DNA of 63,945 nt, taken from the NCBI GenBank assembly GCA_050257355.1, contig JBLMWS010000137.1, positions 1-63,945 of the forward strand, read 5' to 3'. This document shows positions 28,337 to 38,998 of the stretch, piece by piece. Numbering within the stretch: the stretch's first letter is position 1; every line of letters starts with the position of its first letter. The notes below the pieces were generated by a model. It did not search any database and had not been told where the DNA came from. It worked only from the letters and a program-made list of their open reading frames with translations. The position numbers were made by a program, and so were the translations under genes. Origin of the DNA: Gemmatimonas sp. (GTDB taxonomy: Bacteria; Pseudomonadota; Alphaproteobacteria; Rhizobiales; Xanthobacteraceae).

Positions 28337-30733
28337 ATGCCGACTTTTTCCCAGAGCCTTGAGCAGTCCCTGCACCGAGCGCTGGCGATTGCCAATGAGC
28401 GACACCACCAATATGCGACGCTCGAGCATTTGTTGCTTTCGTTGATTGACGACTCGGATGCAGCGGCCGTGATGCGCGCGTGCAGCGTCGATCTCGACAA
28501 GCTGCGTACGAGTCTCGTCAACTATCTCGAAACCGAATTCGAGAACCTGGTCACCGATGGCGCCGATGACGCGAAGCCGACAGCCGGTTTCCAGCGCGTG
28601 ATCCAGCGCGCGGTGATTCACGTCCAGTCCTCGGGGCGCGAAGAGGTGACCGGCGCTAATGTCCTGATCGCGATCTTCGCCGAGCGCGAAAGCCACGCCG
28701 CTTACTTCCTGCAAGAGCAGGACATGACGCGCTATGACGCGGTCAATTATATTAGCCACGGTATCGCCAAGCGGCCGGGCGTGTCCGAAGCACGGCCGGT
28801 GCGCGGCGTCGACGAGGAAACCGAGGCCAAGGGCAGCGATGACTCGAAGAAGAAGGGGGAGGCGCTGGAGACCTATTGCGTCAACCTCAACAAGAAGGCG
28901 CGCGACGGCAAGATTGATCCGGTGATCGGACGCAATTCCGAGATCAACCGCGCGATTCAGGTGCTGTGCCGCAGGCAGAAGAACAACCCGCTGTTCGTCG
29001 GCGAGGCCGGCGTCGGCAAGACCGCGATCGCGGAAGGTCTCGCCAAGCGCATCGTCGACAGCGAAGTGCCGGAAGTGCTCTCGGCTGCTACCGTGTTTTC
29101 GCTGGACATGGGGACGCTGCTCGCGGGCACGCGCTATCGCGGCGATTTCGAGGAACGCTTGAAGCAGGTGCTGAAGGAACTGGAGGCGCATCCCAACGCC
29201 ATCCTGTTCATCGACGAAATTCATACCGTGATTGGCGCGGGCGCTACTTCCGGCGGCGCGATGGATGCGTCCAATCTGCTCAAGCCTGCGTTGGCCTCGG
29301 GCACGATCCGCTGCATGGGTTCGACGACGTACAAGGAATACCGTCAGCATTTCGAGAAGGACCGCGCGCTGGTGCGGCGCTTCCAGAAGATCGACGTCAA
29401 CGAGCCGTCGGTGGAGGATGCGATCGCGATCCTGAAGGGTCTGAAGCCCTATTTCGAGGATTACCATCGGCTGAAATACACCAATGAGGCGATCGAGGCC
29501 GCAGTGGAACTGTCCTCGCGCTATATCCACGACCGCAAGCTGCCGGACAAGGCAATCGACGTGATCGACGAGTCGGGCGCGGCGCAGATGCTGGTTGCCG
29601 AGAGCAAGCGCAAGAAGACCATCGGCATCAAGGAGATCGAAACCACGATCGCCTCGATGGCGCGAATTCCGCCCAAGAGCGTGTCGAAGGACGACGCCGA
29701 GGTGCTCAAGCATCTGGAATCGACGCTCAAGCGCGTGGTGTTCGGCCAGGACAAGGCAATCGAGTCGCTCTCCGCGTCGATCAAGCTGGCGCGTGCAGGG
29801 CTGCGCGAGCCGGAGAAGCCGATCGGCTGTTATCTGTTCTCGGGTCCGACGGGCGTCGGCAAGACCGAAGTCGCCAAGCAGCTTGCAGCGACGCTCGGTG
29901 TCGAACTGCTGCGCTTCGACATGTCCGAATACATGGAGCGGCACACGGTATCGCGCCTGATCGGCGCGCCTCCGGGCTATGTCGGCTTCGACCAGGGCGG
30001 GCTCTTGACCGACGGGGTCGACCAGCATCCGCATTGCGTGGTGCTGCTCGACGAGATCGAGAAGGCCCATCCGGATCTCTACAACGTGCTGTTGCAGATC
30101 ATGGATCATGGCCGGCTCACCGATCACAACGGCAAGCAGGTCAATTTCCGCAACGTCATCCTGATCATGACGACGAATGCCGGCGCGGCTGATCTGGCCA
30201 AGCAGGCCTTCGGCTTCACCCGCAACAGGCGGGAAGGCGACGATCATGAGGCGATCAACCGGCAGTTCGCGCCGGAATTCCGCAACCGCCTCGACGCCAT
30301 CGTCTCGTTCGCGCATCTCAACGTCGACGTGATCGGCATGGTGGTGGAGAAGTTCGTGCTGCAGCTGGAAGCCCAGTTGGCGGACCGCGACGTCACCATC
30401 GAGCTGTCCGAGCCCGCCAAGGCCTGGCTGATCGAGCACGGCTACGACCAGCAGATGGGCGCACGCCCGATGGCCCGCGTGATCCAGGAGCACATCAAGA
30501 AGCCGCTTGCCGACGAGGTGCTGTTCGGCAAGCTCAAGGGCGGCGGCCATGTCCGTGTCGTGCTGGTCAAGGACGAGGCGACGGGAACCGACAAGATCGG
30601 CTTCGAGTTCGTCGAAGGCCCGGTCACGCCGAAACCTGAAAAGCTGCCTGGTGCGCGCAAGCGCAAGCCGAAGCCGGGCGGTCCCGGCGGCGGCGCCAAG
30701 GGCGCTTCGAAGGGGCCGCTAGTGAAGGTCTGA
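28337..30733 (+). CDS. clpA: ATP-dependent Clp protease ATP-binding subunit ClpA
   Basis: Two AAA modules (GEAGVGKT, GPTGVGKT), IDPVIGR, RFDMSEYME; no ClpB middle domain. Confidence 0.98.
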   Translation: MPTFSQSLEQSLHRALAIANERHHQYATLEHLLLSLIDDSDAAAVMRACSVDLDKLRTSLVNYLETEFENLVTDGADDAKPTAGFQRVIQRAVIHVQSSGREEVTGANVLIAIFAERESHAAYFLQEQDMTRYDAVNYISHGIAKRPGVSEARPVRGVDEETEAKGSDDSKKKGEALETYCVNLNKKARDGKIDPVIGRNSEINRAIQVLCRRQKNNPLFVGEAGVGKTAIAEGLAKRIVDSEVPEVLSAATVFSLDMGTLLAGTRYRGDFEERLKQVLKELEAHPNAILFIDEIHTVIGAGATSGGAMDASNLLKPALASGTIRCMGSTTYKEYRQHFEKDRALVRRFQKIDVNEPSVEDAIAILKGLKPYFEDYHRLKYTNEAIEAAVELSSRYIHDRKLPDKAIDVIDESGAAQMLVAESKRKKTIGIKEIETTIASMARIPPKSVSKDDAEVLKHLESTLKRVVFGQDKAIESLSASIKLARAGLREPEKPIGCYLFSGPTGVGKTEVAKQLAATLGVELLRFDMSEYMERHTVSRLIGAPPGYVGFDQGGLLTDGVDQHPHCVVLLDEIEKAHPDLYNVLLQIMDHGRLTDHNGKQVNFRNVILIMTTNAGAADLAKQAFGFTRNRREGDDHEAINRQFAPEFRNRLDAIVSFAHLNVDVIGMVVEKFVLQLEAQLADRDVTIELSEPAKAWLIEHGYDQQMGARPMARVIQEHIKKPLADEVLFGKLKGGGHVRVVLVKDEATGTDKIGFEFVEGPVTPKPEKLPGARKRKPKPGGPGGGAKGASKGPLVKV

Positions 30734-30753
30734 CGCTCAATTCAATTTCAATC

Positions 30754-30783
30754 GAAAAGGCCGGCTGTGAAGCCGGCCTTTTC
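30754..30783. terminator. bidirectional intrinsic terminator
   Basis: GAAAAGGCCGGCT-GTGA-AGCCGGCCTTTTC. Confidence 0.85.
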
Positions 30784-30809
30784 TGCTCAGTGCGGTCGCC
30801 GGCGCCTGC

Positions 30810-32234
30810 TCATTCGCCCCGCAGCCGCTGGCCATCGCGTACTCGCACGTGCTCGGCGCCGCGTGCGCCGGCAGGCGAGAGCCGGAGCATGCTCAGCATG
30901 GCGCCGACGAGCGCGAAGCCGACGGCGGCGAGCAGCGAGAGCTGCGTGCCCTCGGCCGGATAGCGCGCGAGGAAAAGCGCAACCAGCGCGGCGCCTGTAG
31001 TCTGTCCGAGCAGGCGCGCCGTACCCAGCATGCCGCTGGCGCCGCCCGAGCGCTCGCGCGGCGCGGCGGCAATCATGGTGCGGTTGTTCGGCGTCTGGAA
31101 CAGGCCGAAGCCGAACCCGGCCACGGCCATGCGCCAGACCACATCGAAAGGCGCCGGATGTTGAGGCAGCATCGCGAGCGTCGCCAGCCCAAGCGCGAAG
31201 ATGAGCAGCCCGATGCCGCCCAAGAGCCCGGCCGGAAAGCGCTCGACCAGCCGGCCCGCGAGCGGGGCGGCAAAGGCAACCGCGATCGGCCAGGGCGTGA
31301 TCAAGAGGCCCATGCGAACCGCCGTGTAGCCGAAACGGCTCTGCAGATAGAAGGGCAGCGCGACAAAGGCCAGCATCTGGCCGCAGAAGGAAGCGATGGA
31401 GGTCGCGATCGAGAGCGCAAAGATCGGAATGCGCAGCAAATCGATCGGCAGCAGCGGCGGGCTCTCCATGTGCGTCTCGCGATAGATCAGCGCGGCGCCG
31501 GCGGCGCCCGCGACTGCAAATTGCAGCAGACAGGAGGCGAGCGGCTCGCCATGGCCGACGCTATCGACGGCCGCGATCCCCACTCCGAAGGTGATTGCGC
31601 TGAGCCCCGCGCTTTGCCAGTCGAAGGCGTGTTCGGCCGGCCTGGTATAGGGCAAGGAGCGCCAGGCGAGCGTCAAGGTGAGCAGGCCGATCGGCACGTT
31701 CACGGCGAAGAGATAGGGCCAGCTTGCGACAGCCAGAATGCCGGCGGCGATGGTCGGGCCAACCGCGGCGGAGGTTGCGACCACCATGGCATTGATGCCG
31801 ATGCCCCGGCCGAGTTGGTCGTGCGGATAGGTGTAGCGCACCAGTGCCGAATTGACGCTCAAAATGCCGGCAGCGCCAAATCCCTGCACGATGCGCGCCA
31901 CCGTGAGCAGCATCAGTGTGTGCGACAGCGCGCAAAACAATGATGCGAGCGTAAACAGCACGAGACCGGCGAGATAAACGCGCCGGTAGCCGATGATCTC
32001 GCCGAGCGAGGCCAGCGGCAGCAGCGAGATGGTGACGGCGAGCTGGTATCCGTTGACGATCCAGATCGAGAAGGCTGGCGAGGCATTGAGGTCGCTTGCA
32101 ATGGTCGGCAGTGCGACGTTGGCGATGGAGCCGTCGATCACCGCCATGACGATACCGAGAGCAATCGTGACGATCGACCAATAGCGCTGCGGCAGCGGCA
32201 GGCCATCGGCGTGTTCAACGGTGGTGAATGACAT
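30810..32234 (-). CDS. MFS transporter (DHA2/YebQ-like)
   Basis: D.SIANVALPTI, WIVNGYQL, GEIIGYRR, GLFQTPNN; many TM segments. Confidence 0.93.
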   Translation of the reverse strand: MSFTTVEHADGLPLPQRYWSIVTIALGIVMAVIDGSIANVALPTIASDLNASPAFSIWIVNGYQLAVTISLLPLASLGEIIGYRRVYLAGLVLFTLASLFCALSHTLMLLTVARIVQGFGAAGILSVNSALVRYTYPHDQLGRGIGINAMVVATSAAVGPTIAAGILAVASWPYLFAVNVPIGLLTLTLAWRSLPYTRPAEHAFDWQSAGLSAITFGVGIAAVDSVGHGEPLASCLLQFAVAGAAGAALIYRETHMESPPLLPIDLLRIPIFALSIATSIASFCGQMLAFVALPFYLQSRFGYTAVRMGLLITPWPIAVAFAAPLAGRLVERFPAGLLGGIGLLIFALGLATLAMLPQHPAPFDVVWRMAVAGFGFGLFQTPNNRTMIAAAPRERSGGASGMLGTARLLGQTTGAALVALFLARYPAEGTQLSLLAAVGFALVGAMLSMLRLSPAGARGAEHVRVRDGQRLRGE

Positions 32235-32431
32235 CCTGAAGAATCGAACCTCGCTTATTTGCGGGGCAAACTAGCCGGATCGGGGCAAACCGGGCAGGGA
32301 GGCCAGGGTTCCACCAGCTATGCACGGGGCCTATTGCCTAATCGCCCATTTCGCGATCTCGACCGCGACCGATGAGCTCTGCGTCTTTCTAACGGCGATC
32401 GGCGTCCTGCTGCCGGAAGGCAGCGGTTCGG

Positions 32432-32767
32432 CTATTGCGGCTTCTTGCGGCCGTGCAGGTACTTCAGATAATTCGCCGCCGCCTCGGCATCAGCGCGCCC
32501 AAAGTGGAAGGTCGGCATGTCCGGATGCATGGTGCTGAGCCCTTGCTGGAGACGCTGCGCAAAATTCTCGTCATAGAGCTTTTCTTCGCTGAAGGTTCGA
32601 AAGGGTGGCGCGTCCGGATGCGGACTCCTCCCAGCTTCACCCACCGCATGGCACCTTGCGCACATTCGCTCGAGCAGAGCCTTTCCGCGCTGCTGTTCGC
32701 GATCAAGGCTGTGTGCCGCTGCACTGGTGGCGCAGATCACGAACAGCGCGAGGGTGATTTTTGCCAT
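32432..32767 (-). CDS. small periplasmic monoheme cytochrome c
   Basis: Signal peptide, CARCH, SPH..APPFR, HPDMP (candidate distal Met). Confidence 0.9.
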   Translation of the reverse strand: MAKITLALFVICATSAAAHSLDREQQRGKALLERMCARCHAVGEAGRSPHPDAPPFRTFSEEKLYDENFAQRLQQGLSTMHPDMPTFHFGRADAEAAANYLKYLHGRKKPQ

Positions 32768-32841
32768 GCCGATGATCCGCGCGATTTGATCGATGGCTGA
32801 AGCCAGCCGCGCGAAACCTGTCATGCTCATTGACGAGTTGG

Positions 32842-32855
32842 TTGAGGCAGATCAA
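32842..32855. promoter_or_regulatory. FixK/FNR-type box
   Basis: TTGA-GGCAGA-TCAA about 75 nt upstream of the cytochrome c start. Confidence 0.6.
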
Positions 32856-33051
32856 CGATCGCGGTGGCGGTGGGAACGCGCCGCAGGCGGGAGGGACATG
32901 CCGTAGCATTGCCGGAACACGCGCCCGAATTGGACGGTCTTGGCAGCGCGGGCCAATCGGAGAGCCGGTATCTCTTGGTCCCAAAAGCGTGCCATGGTCT
33001 GTCGGATTAGCTGGATCGTCCTCTCCGTCGAGCGATCCCGAGGGAACAAGC

Positions 33052-34038
33052 ATGCGTTTGCGGATTTCTGTCGGCATGGGTGCCGCCTTCCGCTTTGCGT
33101 TTGTCCTGCTCTTTTCGCTGACCGGCGCCGCATCGGCCGACGATGCGCCGGCCAGGACTGGCATTGCGACGCCGAGTGTCGAGGAATTGGCCGTGCGAGG
33201 CGGGCAGCAAAAGCCCGCCGACACCGACAGCGGCACGCGCGAGGCGATCTGCCTGATGGTGGAATCGGCCGCGCGCGCCAACGGTCTGCCACTGGAATTC
33301 TTCGCACGTGTGATCTGGCAGGAGAGCCGTTTCCAATCCGACGCCGTAGGGCCGGTGACGCGCAGCGGCGAGCGCGCGCAGGGCATCGCGCAGTTCATGC
33401 CGGGCACCGCCAACGAGCGGCGGCTGCTCGATCCCTTCGATCCCGTGCAGGCTTTGCCGAAATCGGCGGAGTTCCTGGCCGAACTCCGTAGCGAGTTCGG
33501 CAACCTTGGATTGGCCGCCGCCGCATACAACGCGGGTCCCCGGCGGGTGCAGGAATGGCTCGCGGGCCAGGGCTCGATGCCGGAGCAGACCCGCAATTAT
33601 GTCGCGGCGATTACGGGCTCCACGGTGGACGAATGGGCGAAGGCAGGCAAGGGTGCCAAGATGCCGCCGAGCAGTCCGATGACGTCGTGCCATGACCTGA
33701 TGGCGCTCTTGAAGCGCGCGCCCAACCCGTTCGTCACCCAACTCGAGCAGCACGTGCAGCTCGCGGCCGCGAAAGTGTGGGGGGTCCAGCTCGCCGCCGG
33801 TTTTGACCGCAACAGGGCGCTGGCGATGTACGCCCGCGCGATCAAGGGCCTGGGCGCGATCATCGGCGACCATGACCCGAGCCTGCTGTCCTCGGTCATG
33901 CGCAGCCGCGGTACGCGGCCGTTCTATCAGGTGCGGATCGGCGCCGACACGCGGGGCGAGGCCGACGATCTCTGCAACCGCATCCGCCGCGCCGGCGGAG
34001 CCTGCTTTGTGCTTCGGAATATGGGCGTGAGGGGTTAG
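33052..34038 (+). CDS. lytic transglycosylase (SLT) with C-terminal SPOR-like domain
   Basis: IWQESRF, AQGIAQFMPGTA, AAAAYNAGP, TRNYV; WGVQLA..F...QVRIGA.TR..A..LC.RIR..GG.C. Confidence 0.9.
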   Translation: MRLRISVGMGAAFRFAFVLLFSLTGAASADDAPARTGIATPSVEELAVRGGQQKPADTDSGTREAICLMVESAARANGLPLEFFARVIWQESRFQSDAVGPVTRSGERAQGIAQFMPGTANERRLLDPFDPVQALPKSAEFLAELRSEFGNLGLAAAAYNAGPRRVQEWLAGQGSMPEQTRNYVAAITGSTVDEWAKAGKGAKMPPSSPMTSCHDLMALLKRAPNPFVTQLEQHVQLAAAKVWGVQLAAGFDRNRALAMYARAIKGLGAIIGDHDPSLLSSVMRSRGTRPFYQVRIGADTRGEADDLCNRIRRAGGACFVLRNMGVRG

Positions 34039-34152
34039 GCCTGCGGGCGCGTCGCCTCCGGCCATCTGTTATGCTCACGCCGGGTTGATGTGCCGCAATT
34101 GCGACCTTGAGATAATTGGTTAGATTTGCCCGCGGTTTTACAGGACTGATGC

Positions 34153-34644
34153 ATGGTACGAGAGAACGAACTTCGCGAAGGCGAGCTTGCGGTCGAGATG
34201 CCGAAAGCAACCGATGCCGGCTTGGTTTTCATCGGGCGTATCCGCACCCCCTGGACCTCGCGGCTCGAGACACCACGGCAGGGCCGCCACGATGGGCCGA
34301 TCTGCCGGCTGGAGATCTTCGAGCCCTGGGTGCCCGCGATCAAAGGCGTCGATTTCTATACAAATCTCGAAGTGATCTACTGGCTGGACCAGTCGCGCCG
34401 GGACCTCGTGCTGCAGAGCCCGAAGAACAACAAGTCGACCCGCGGCACGTTTTCGCTGCGCTCGCCGGTGCGGCCCAATCCGATCGGGACCTCGATCGTC
34501 AAGCTGGAGCGGGTGGATGGCAACACGATTCTGGTGCGGGGGCTGGATTGCCTCGACGGCACACCACTGCTCGACGTCAAGCCGGATCGCTGCGAGTTCA
34601 CGCCACTTGCCCAACCGCAGCCGGGGGACTTTCAGACGGGGTAA
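34153..34644 (+). CDS. tsaA: TsaA/TrmO family tRNA m6t6A37 methyltransferase-like protein
   Basis: [42 protein letters not shown]. Confidence 0.9.
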   Translation: MVRENELREGELAVEMPKATDAGLVFIGRIRTPWTSRLETPRQGRHDGPICRLEIFEPWVPAIKGVDFYTNLEVIYWLDQSRRDLVLQSPKNNKSTRGTFSLRSPVRPNPIGTSIVKLERVDGNTILVRGLDCLDGTPLLDVKPDRCEFTPLAQPQPGDFQTG

Positions 34645-34680
34645 GGCGGCTTCGCCGCGGCGCCTCGGAATGACGATCTC

Positions 34681-35109
34681 CTACACTGCCTTCAGTACCG
34701 CCGCCAACTTGGCTGCGTTCTCCTCAAGCACCTTGACCTCTTCCTTGCGGCTTGCGGGCGGCAGGAGCGCAACGCCGTCGAACCGCGGCATCACATGCAC
34801 GTGCAGGTGATAGACCACCTGGCCGCTGGCGGGTTCGCTGAACTGTTGCAGCGTGACGCCGTCGGCCTTGAACGCGACCATTGCGGCGCGCGCGATGGTG
34901 CGGCTCGCCCGCGCGACGTGCACGAAATCCTCTTCTGTGATGTCGAGGATGTTGCGGGCAGGGGCCTTGGGAATCACCAGCGTGTGCCCGGGCGTACGCG
35001 GCATGATGTCCAGGAAGGACAGCACATGCTCGTTCTCGTAGACCTTGTGGCAGGGAAGTTCGCCGCGCAGGATCTTTGCGAAAATGTTGTTGTTGTCATA
35101 GGCGGTCAT
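34681..35109 (-). CDS. HIT family protein
   Basis: NIFAKILRGELP, GHTLVIPK, GQVVYHLHVHV. Confidence 0.95.
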   Translation of the reverse strand: MTAYDNNNIFAKILRGELPCHKVYENEHVLSFLDIMPRTPGHTLVIPKAPARNILDITEEDFVHVARASRTIARAAMVAFKADGVTLQQFSEPASGQVVYHLHVHVMPRFDGVALLPPASRKEEVKVLEENAAKLAAVLKAV

Positions 35110-35159
35110 GGCGGCTCCCTGAAAAATTTGGCGCAATTTCGCCGCGCGCCCGCGCGAGG

Positions 35160-36407
35160 TCAAGACGCTTCGTCTGCCTTTCGGAACGGCGCGGCTTCCG
35201 CGAGTTCGCGGCCGGCCTCGGCCACATAGGCCCGCTCGCGCTTCAGATAATCGGCGATCGCCCGCCGGAAGTCGGGATCGGGAATGTAGTGCGCCGAGTA
35301 GGTGGTCTGCGGCAGGTAGCCGCGTGCGAGCTTGTGCTCGCCCTGTGCGCCGGCCTCGACCACTTCGAGGCGACGTTTGATGGCGAATTCGATCGCCTGA
35401 TAATAGCAGACCTCGAAGTGCAGGAACGGATGATGCTCGATCGCACCCCAGTGCCGGCCGAACAGCGTATCCGAGCCGATGAAGTTGATGGCGCCCGCGA
35501 TCCAGCGATGATTGCGCCGCGCCATCACCAGGAGCACATCCTCCGCCATGCTCTCTCCGATCAGCGAATAGAAGGTGCGGGTGAGATACGGCCGGCCCCA
35601 TTTGCGCGAGCCGGTTTCCATATAGAATTCGAAGAACGCGTCCCAGGCATCCTCGGTGATATCGGATCCGGTCAGCAAATGAATGCTGATGCCGCTTGCC
35701 ACCGCATCGCGCCGCTCGCGCTTGATGGCCTTGCGATGGCGCGAATTGAGTGTGGCGAGAAAATCGTCGAAGGTTTCAAAACCCTGATTGTGCCAGTGGA
35801 ACTGCTGGTCCGTGCGCTGCAGGAAGCCGTGCTTGGCAAACAGCTTCCATTCATCCTCCGGCGCGAAGGTGACGTGGGCGGATGAAGCTTTACTGACCTC
35901 GGTGAGCGCCATCAGGCCGCCGGCCAGCGCGGATGCAATCTGCTCCCGATTCACTTCGTCGCGGATCAGAAGGCGCGGCCCTGTGGCCGGCGTGAAGGGA
36001 ACCGACACCTGCAGCTTCGGGTAATAGCGCCCTCCGGCGCGTTCATAGGCATCGGCCCAACCGCGGTCGAAGACGTATTCGCCTTGCGAATGCGATTTCA
36101 GATAACAAGGCACGATGCCGACGGTCTTGCCGCCGACCTTGGCCAAAAGATGCCGCGGCGCCCAGCCGGTACGCACAGTCGCCGAGCCGGAAGCCTCCAG
36201 CGCCGATAAAAAGGCATGCGAAACAAAGGGGTTGTAATAGGCCTTTGTCACGGCGCAGGAGCTGGTTGCGACATCCGGCGAAGTCGCGCGAGCTCGCCCG
36301 TCGATTTCCTGCCCGGGTCGGTGCGGGTTAGCGCAGGCATCCCACTCGACTGCCGGGACATCGGCGACAGAGGGAACTGCTTCGAGGGTGATTTCGGACG
36401 ATGCCAT
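35160..36407 (-). CDS. GNAT/FemAB-like protein (DUF482 family)
   Basis: KSHSQGEYVFD.GWADAY, YYPKL..VPFTPATGPR, LHFEVCYYQAI, EAGAQGEHKLARG. Confidence 0.92.
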   Translation of the reverse strand: MASSEITLEAVPSVADVPAVEWDACANPHRPGQEIDGRARATSPDVATSSCAVTKAYYNPFVSHAFLSALEASGSATVRTGWAPRHLLAKVGGKTVGIVPCYLKSHSQGEYVFDRGWADAYERAGGRYYPKLQVSVPFTPATGPRLLIRDEVNREQIASALAGGLMALTEVSKASSAHVTFAPEDEWKLFAKHGFLQRTDQQFHWHNQGFETFDDFLATLNSRHRKAIKRERRDAVASGISIHLLTGSDITEDAWDAFFEFYMETGSRKWGRPYLTRTFYSLIGESMAEDVLLVMARRNHRWIAGAINFIGSDTLFGRHWGAIEHHPFLHFEVCYYQAIEFAIKRRLEVVEAGAQGEHKLARGYLPQTTYSAHYIPDPDFRRAIADYLKRERAYVAEAGRELAEAAPFRKADEAS

Positions 36408-36490
36408 CTGTCCCGAAACATCGTGCATTGCAGCAGCTAGTTCAAGGGGGCGGTCTGTTGCAAGTCATTCCTGGGCTTCGCTGTTCACCC

Positions 36491-37237
36491 CTAGGGCGCG
36501 AACCCCTCAAAAATCATCTGGTCGGCATAGCGCGCGGCGCGGGCGCGCTGTTCGGGGGTGCGGACGGTCCAGGTCAGCAACGGGCAGCCGAAAACATTGC
36601 GCGCGAGCCATGGCGCGACCGCTGGCAGCTCATTGACGTAATAGGCGACGAAGTCCGGCTGTGTGCGGAGGAAATGGCGCAGATAGGTCATGTCGCGCCG
36701 CTGCGCGGGCGAGGCTTCCGGCCAATTCTTCTCGGTGTAGTGCCGCTCGGCGACGATGCCCCGCGGGCGCGAGGGCATGAGCTCGCGCAACGCCATCACC
36801 TGGTCGGGATCGAAGGACATGCCGACCGCTGGACCTTGGTAGGATGACAGCACCTGCGCCATCCGCGTCACAAGTTTGCGATCGCGGTCAAAATGGCTCT
36901 TCACCTCGATCACCAGCGGCACGCGACCGGCGACGAGCTCGCAGAGATCCGCAAGTGTCATCATCCGCTCGGAGGTCGCCTTGAAGCGCACCGCCTTCAG
37001 CGCGGCGGCAGTCTTGTCACTCAGGCTGCCACTGCCTTCGGTAAGGCGGCCGAGCGTGCCATCATGGTGCACCATGGCTTCGCCGTCGGCCGAGAGCTGG
37101 ATATCGCATTCGATGGCGAAGTTGCCGGCAACCGCAGCCTGTGCCGCCGCCGGCATGTTTTCGATGATGCCGCGTGCGGCATCATGCAAACCGCGATGCG
37201 CGACCGGCCGCGCCGTCAACCAATCGGGAGCGCGCAA
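36491..37237 (-). CDS. glycerophosphodiester phosphodiesterase family protein
   Basis: AHRGLH, EN, IECDIQLSADG..MVHHD, IEVKS, LTWTV; TTG start. Confidence 0.92.
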   Translation of the reverse strand: MRAPDWLTARPVAHRGLHDAARGIIENMPAAAQAAVAGNFAIECDIQLSADGEAMVHHDGTLGRLTEGSGSLSDKTAAALKAVRFKATSERMMTLADLCELVAGRVPLVIEVKSHFDRDRKLVTRMAQVLSSYQGPAVGMSFDPDQVMALRELMPSRPRGIVAERHYTEKNWPEASPAQRRDMTYLRHFLRTQPDFVAYYVNELPAVAPWLARNVFGCPLLTWTVRTPEQRARAARYADQMIFEGFAP

Positions 37238-37239
37238 GC

Positions 37240-37707
37240 TCAGGCGACCTCGAACAAGCCTTCAACTTCCACCGAAGCATCCGCCGGCAGCGCGGCTACG
37301 CCGACCGTGGTGCGGGCATGACGGCCCTTGTCGCCGAACACCTCGACCATCAGATCCGAGGCGCCGTTGAGGACCTTCGGGCCTTCCAGAAAATCCGGTG
37401 CGGAGTTGACGAAGCCGCCGAGCCGAACCACCCGCACGACCTTGTCGAGATCGCCGACCGCCGACTTGACCTGCGCGAGCAGGTTGATGGCGCAGCCGCG
37501 CGCGGCGGCGTTGCCCTGTTCGACGCTAACGCCGGCGCCCAGCTTGCCCTTTGCGATCAGCTTGCCTGCCGCATCGAAACAAACCTGCCCGGAGACGAAG
37601 AGGAGATTCCCGGTCCGCACGAAGCCGACATAGTTGGCTACCGGCGCAGCCGGCTGGGGCAGGGTGATGCCGAGTGATGCCAATTTCTGTTCGATCGTGC
37701 CCGCCAT
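37240..37707 (-). CDS. RidA (YjgF) family protein
   Basis: PVANYV, VSGQ, NGASDL..EVFG..GRHAR..VGV..LP. Confidence 0.93.
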   Translation of the reverse strand: MAGTIEQKLASLGITLPQPAAPVANYVGFVRTGNLLFVSGQVCFDAAGKLIAKGKLGAGVSVEQGNAAARGCAINLLAQVKSAVGDLDKVVRVVRLGGFVNSAPDFLEGPKVLNGASDLMVEVFGDKGRHARTTVGVAALPADASVEVEGLFEVA

Positions 37708-37947
37708 GTGACGTTCCTCGCTTTAGCCGATTTGCCTGAGGCCCGATCGGTCTCCGACCGGACGCGGCCCTGTTTCGCCCATTAAGCGGTCACATGCAAG
37801 CCGCCCTCCGGCGCGGGAGCTCGCAGGCTTTTCGGATGCAAGCACAAGTCGTTGCGCGGAAAAATATGCGCTTTCCGGGAGATGGCCCCAGTTGCGACGC
37901 AATGGACCGGTCATTAGAGTCGCGAATCTCCCGCTCAAGGATCGGTC

Positions 37948-38811
37948 ATGGCTTATCGTTTCCGTACGTCGCTCGGTGTGCTGGCAATCGCGGCTCTTGC
38001 TTGCGGGCCGGCCACGGCCGCCGTGCCGTTTCTGCCGCATCAGGCGCTCTACGACCTGAGCCTGCTGAAGTCGCGCGGTTCGAACTCGGTCAACAGTGCG
38101 CGGGGGCGGATTCTTTATAACTTCTCCGGTAATGCGTGTGAGGGATACACCTCGGAGTTCCGCCAGGTCTCGGAACTGGAGATCGGCGAAGGCAAGTTGA
38201 TGTTGAGCGACCTGCGCTCGAGCTCCTGGGAGGATGGTGCCGGCAAGAGCTATCGTTTCAACGTCGAAACGCGCACCAATGGCGGAGATCCGGTGTCGGT
38301 CGATGGTCTCGCCGAGCGGACCGGCGACCACATCACGGTCAAGTTGAAGCAGCCGGAGACCAAAACCTTCACCATCGACGGCTCGACCGTGTTCCCGACC
38401 GAACAGATCAAGCGCATCATTGCTGCGGCCAAACAAGGCAAATCGCTGCTCGAGCTCAACGTCTATGACGGATCCGACACCGGCGAGAAGGTCTACAATA
38501 CGCTGACCGTGATCGGTCAACCGATCCCGGGCGACAAGACCGTGGCTTCGCCAGATCCCTCCACCGAAAACGAGGCGATGAAATCGCTGACGCGCTGGCC
38601 GGTGACGGTGAGCTACTATGATCGGGATGCCAAGCAGAAGGAGGGCGAACAAACGCCGGTCTATGCGATGTCGTTCGAGCTGTTCGAAAATGGCGTTTCG
38701 CGCGACCTGGTGCTTGACTACAATGATTTCGTGATCTCCGGCGTACTCAGCAAGTTCGAGATCAAGGACTCCGACATCAAGGATTCCAAGGACACCAAGC
38801 CTTGTAACTGA
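37948..38811 (+). CDS. eipB: cell envelope integrity EipB (DUF1849) family protein
   Basis: Signal peptide, PHQALYDLSL, G.ACEGY, FPTE, YDGS, WPVT.SY, ENGVSR.L.LDY.DF, terminal Cys. Confidence 0.85.
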   Translation: MAYRFRTSLGVLAIAALACGPATAAVPFLPHQALYDLSLLKSRGSNSVNSARGRILYNFSGNACEGYTSEFRQVSELEIGEGKLMLSDLRSSSWEDGAGKSYRFNVETRTNGGDPVSVDGLAERTGDHITVKLKQPETKTFTIDGSTVFPTEQIKRIIAAAKQGKSLLELNVYDGSDTGEKVYNTLTVIGQPIPGDKTVASPDPSTENEAMKSLTRWPVTVSYYDRDAKQKEGEQTPVYAMSFELFENGVSRDLVLDYNDFVISGVLSKFEIKDSDIKDSKDTKPCN

Positions 38812-38998
38812 AGTTCCGAACGAAGCCCGGTTGCAGCATTCGCAATCGCCAGGGTCCATTTGGACACTGCGCAACTTTCCCTCGCGCGAGGGTGAAGTAT
38901 CGTGAAGGCCCGGTCCCTTCAAATAATCCCCAGCCTTTCTCATCTCCATGGCCGAGCCGCGCGTTGCGTGGTTTGTTGCAATCAATGGAGAGATCGAC

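Noticed and set aside
28307-30550. 747-aa antisense ORF over clpA (similarly 41047..42927 over divK-pleD, 55143..56822 over rnr, 56606..58714 over topA)
   Set aside because: Antisense shadows of genes with strong GC codon bias; no motifs of their own.
34650-34680. CTCGGAATGAC half-REP between tsaA and the HIT gene
   Set aside because: Too short to call without its partner arm.
38755-38800. Short duplication IKDS-D-IKDS-KDTK at the EipB C-terminus
   Set aside because: Small slippage repeat in a terminal linker; no sign of function.
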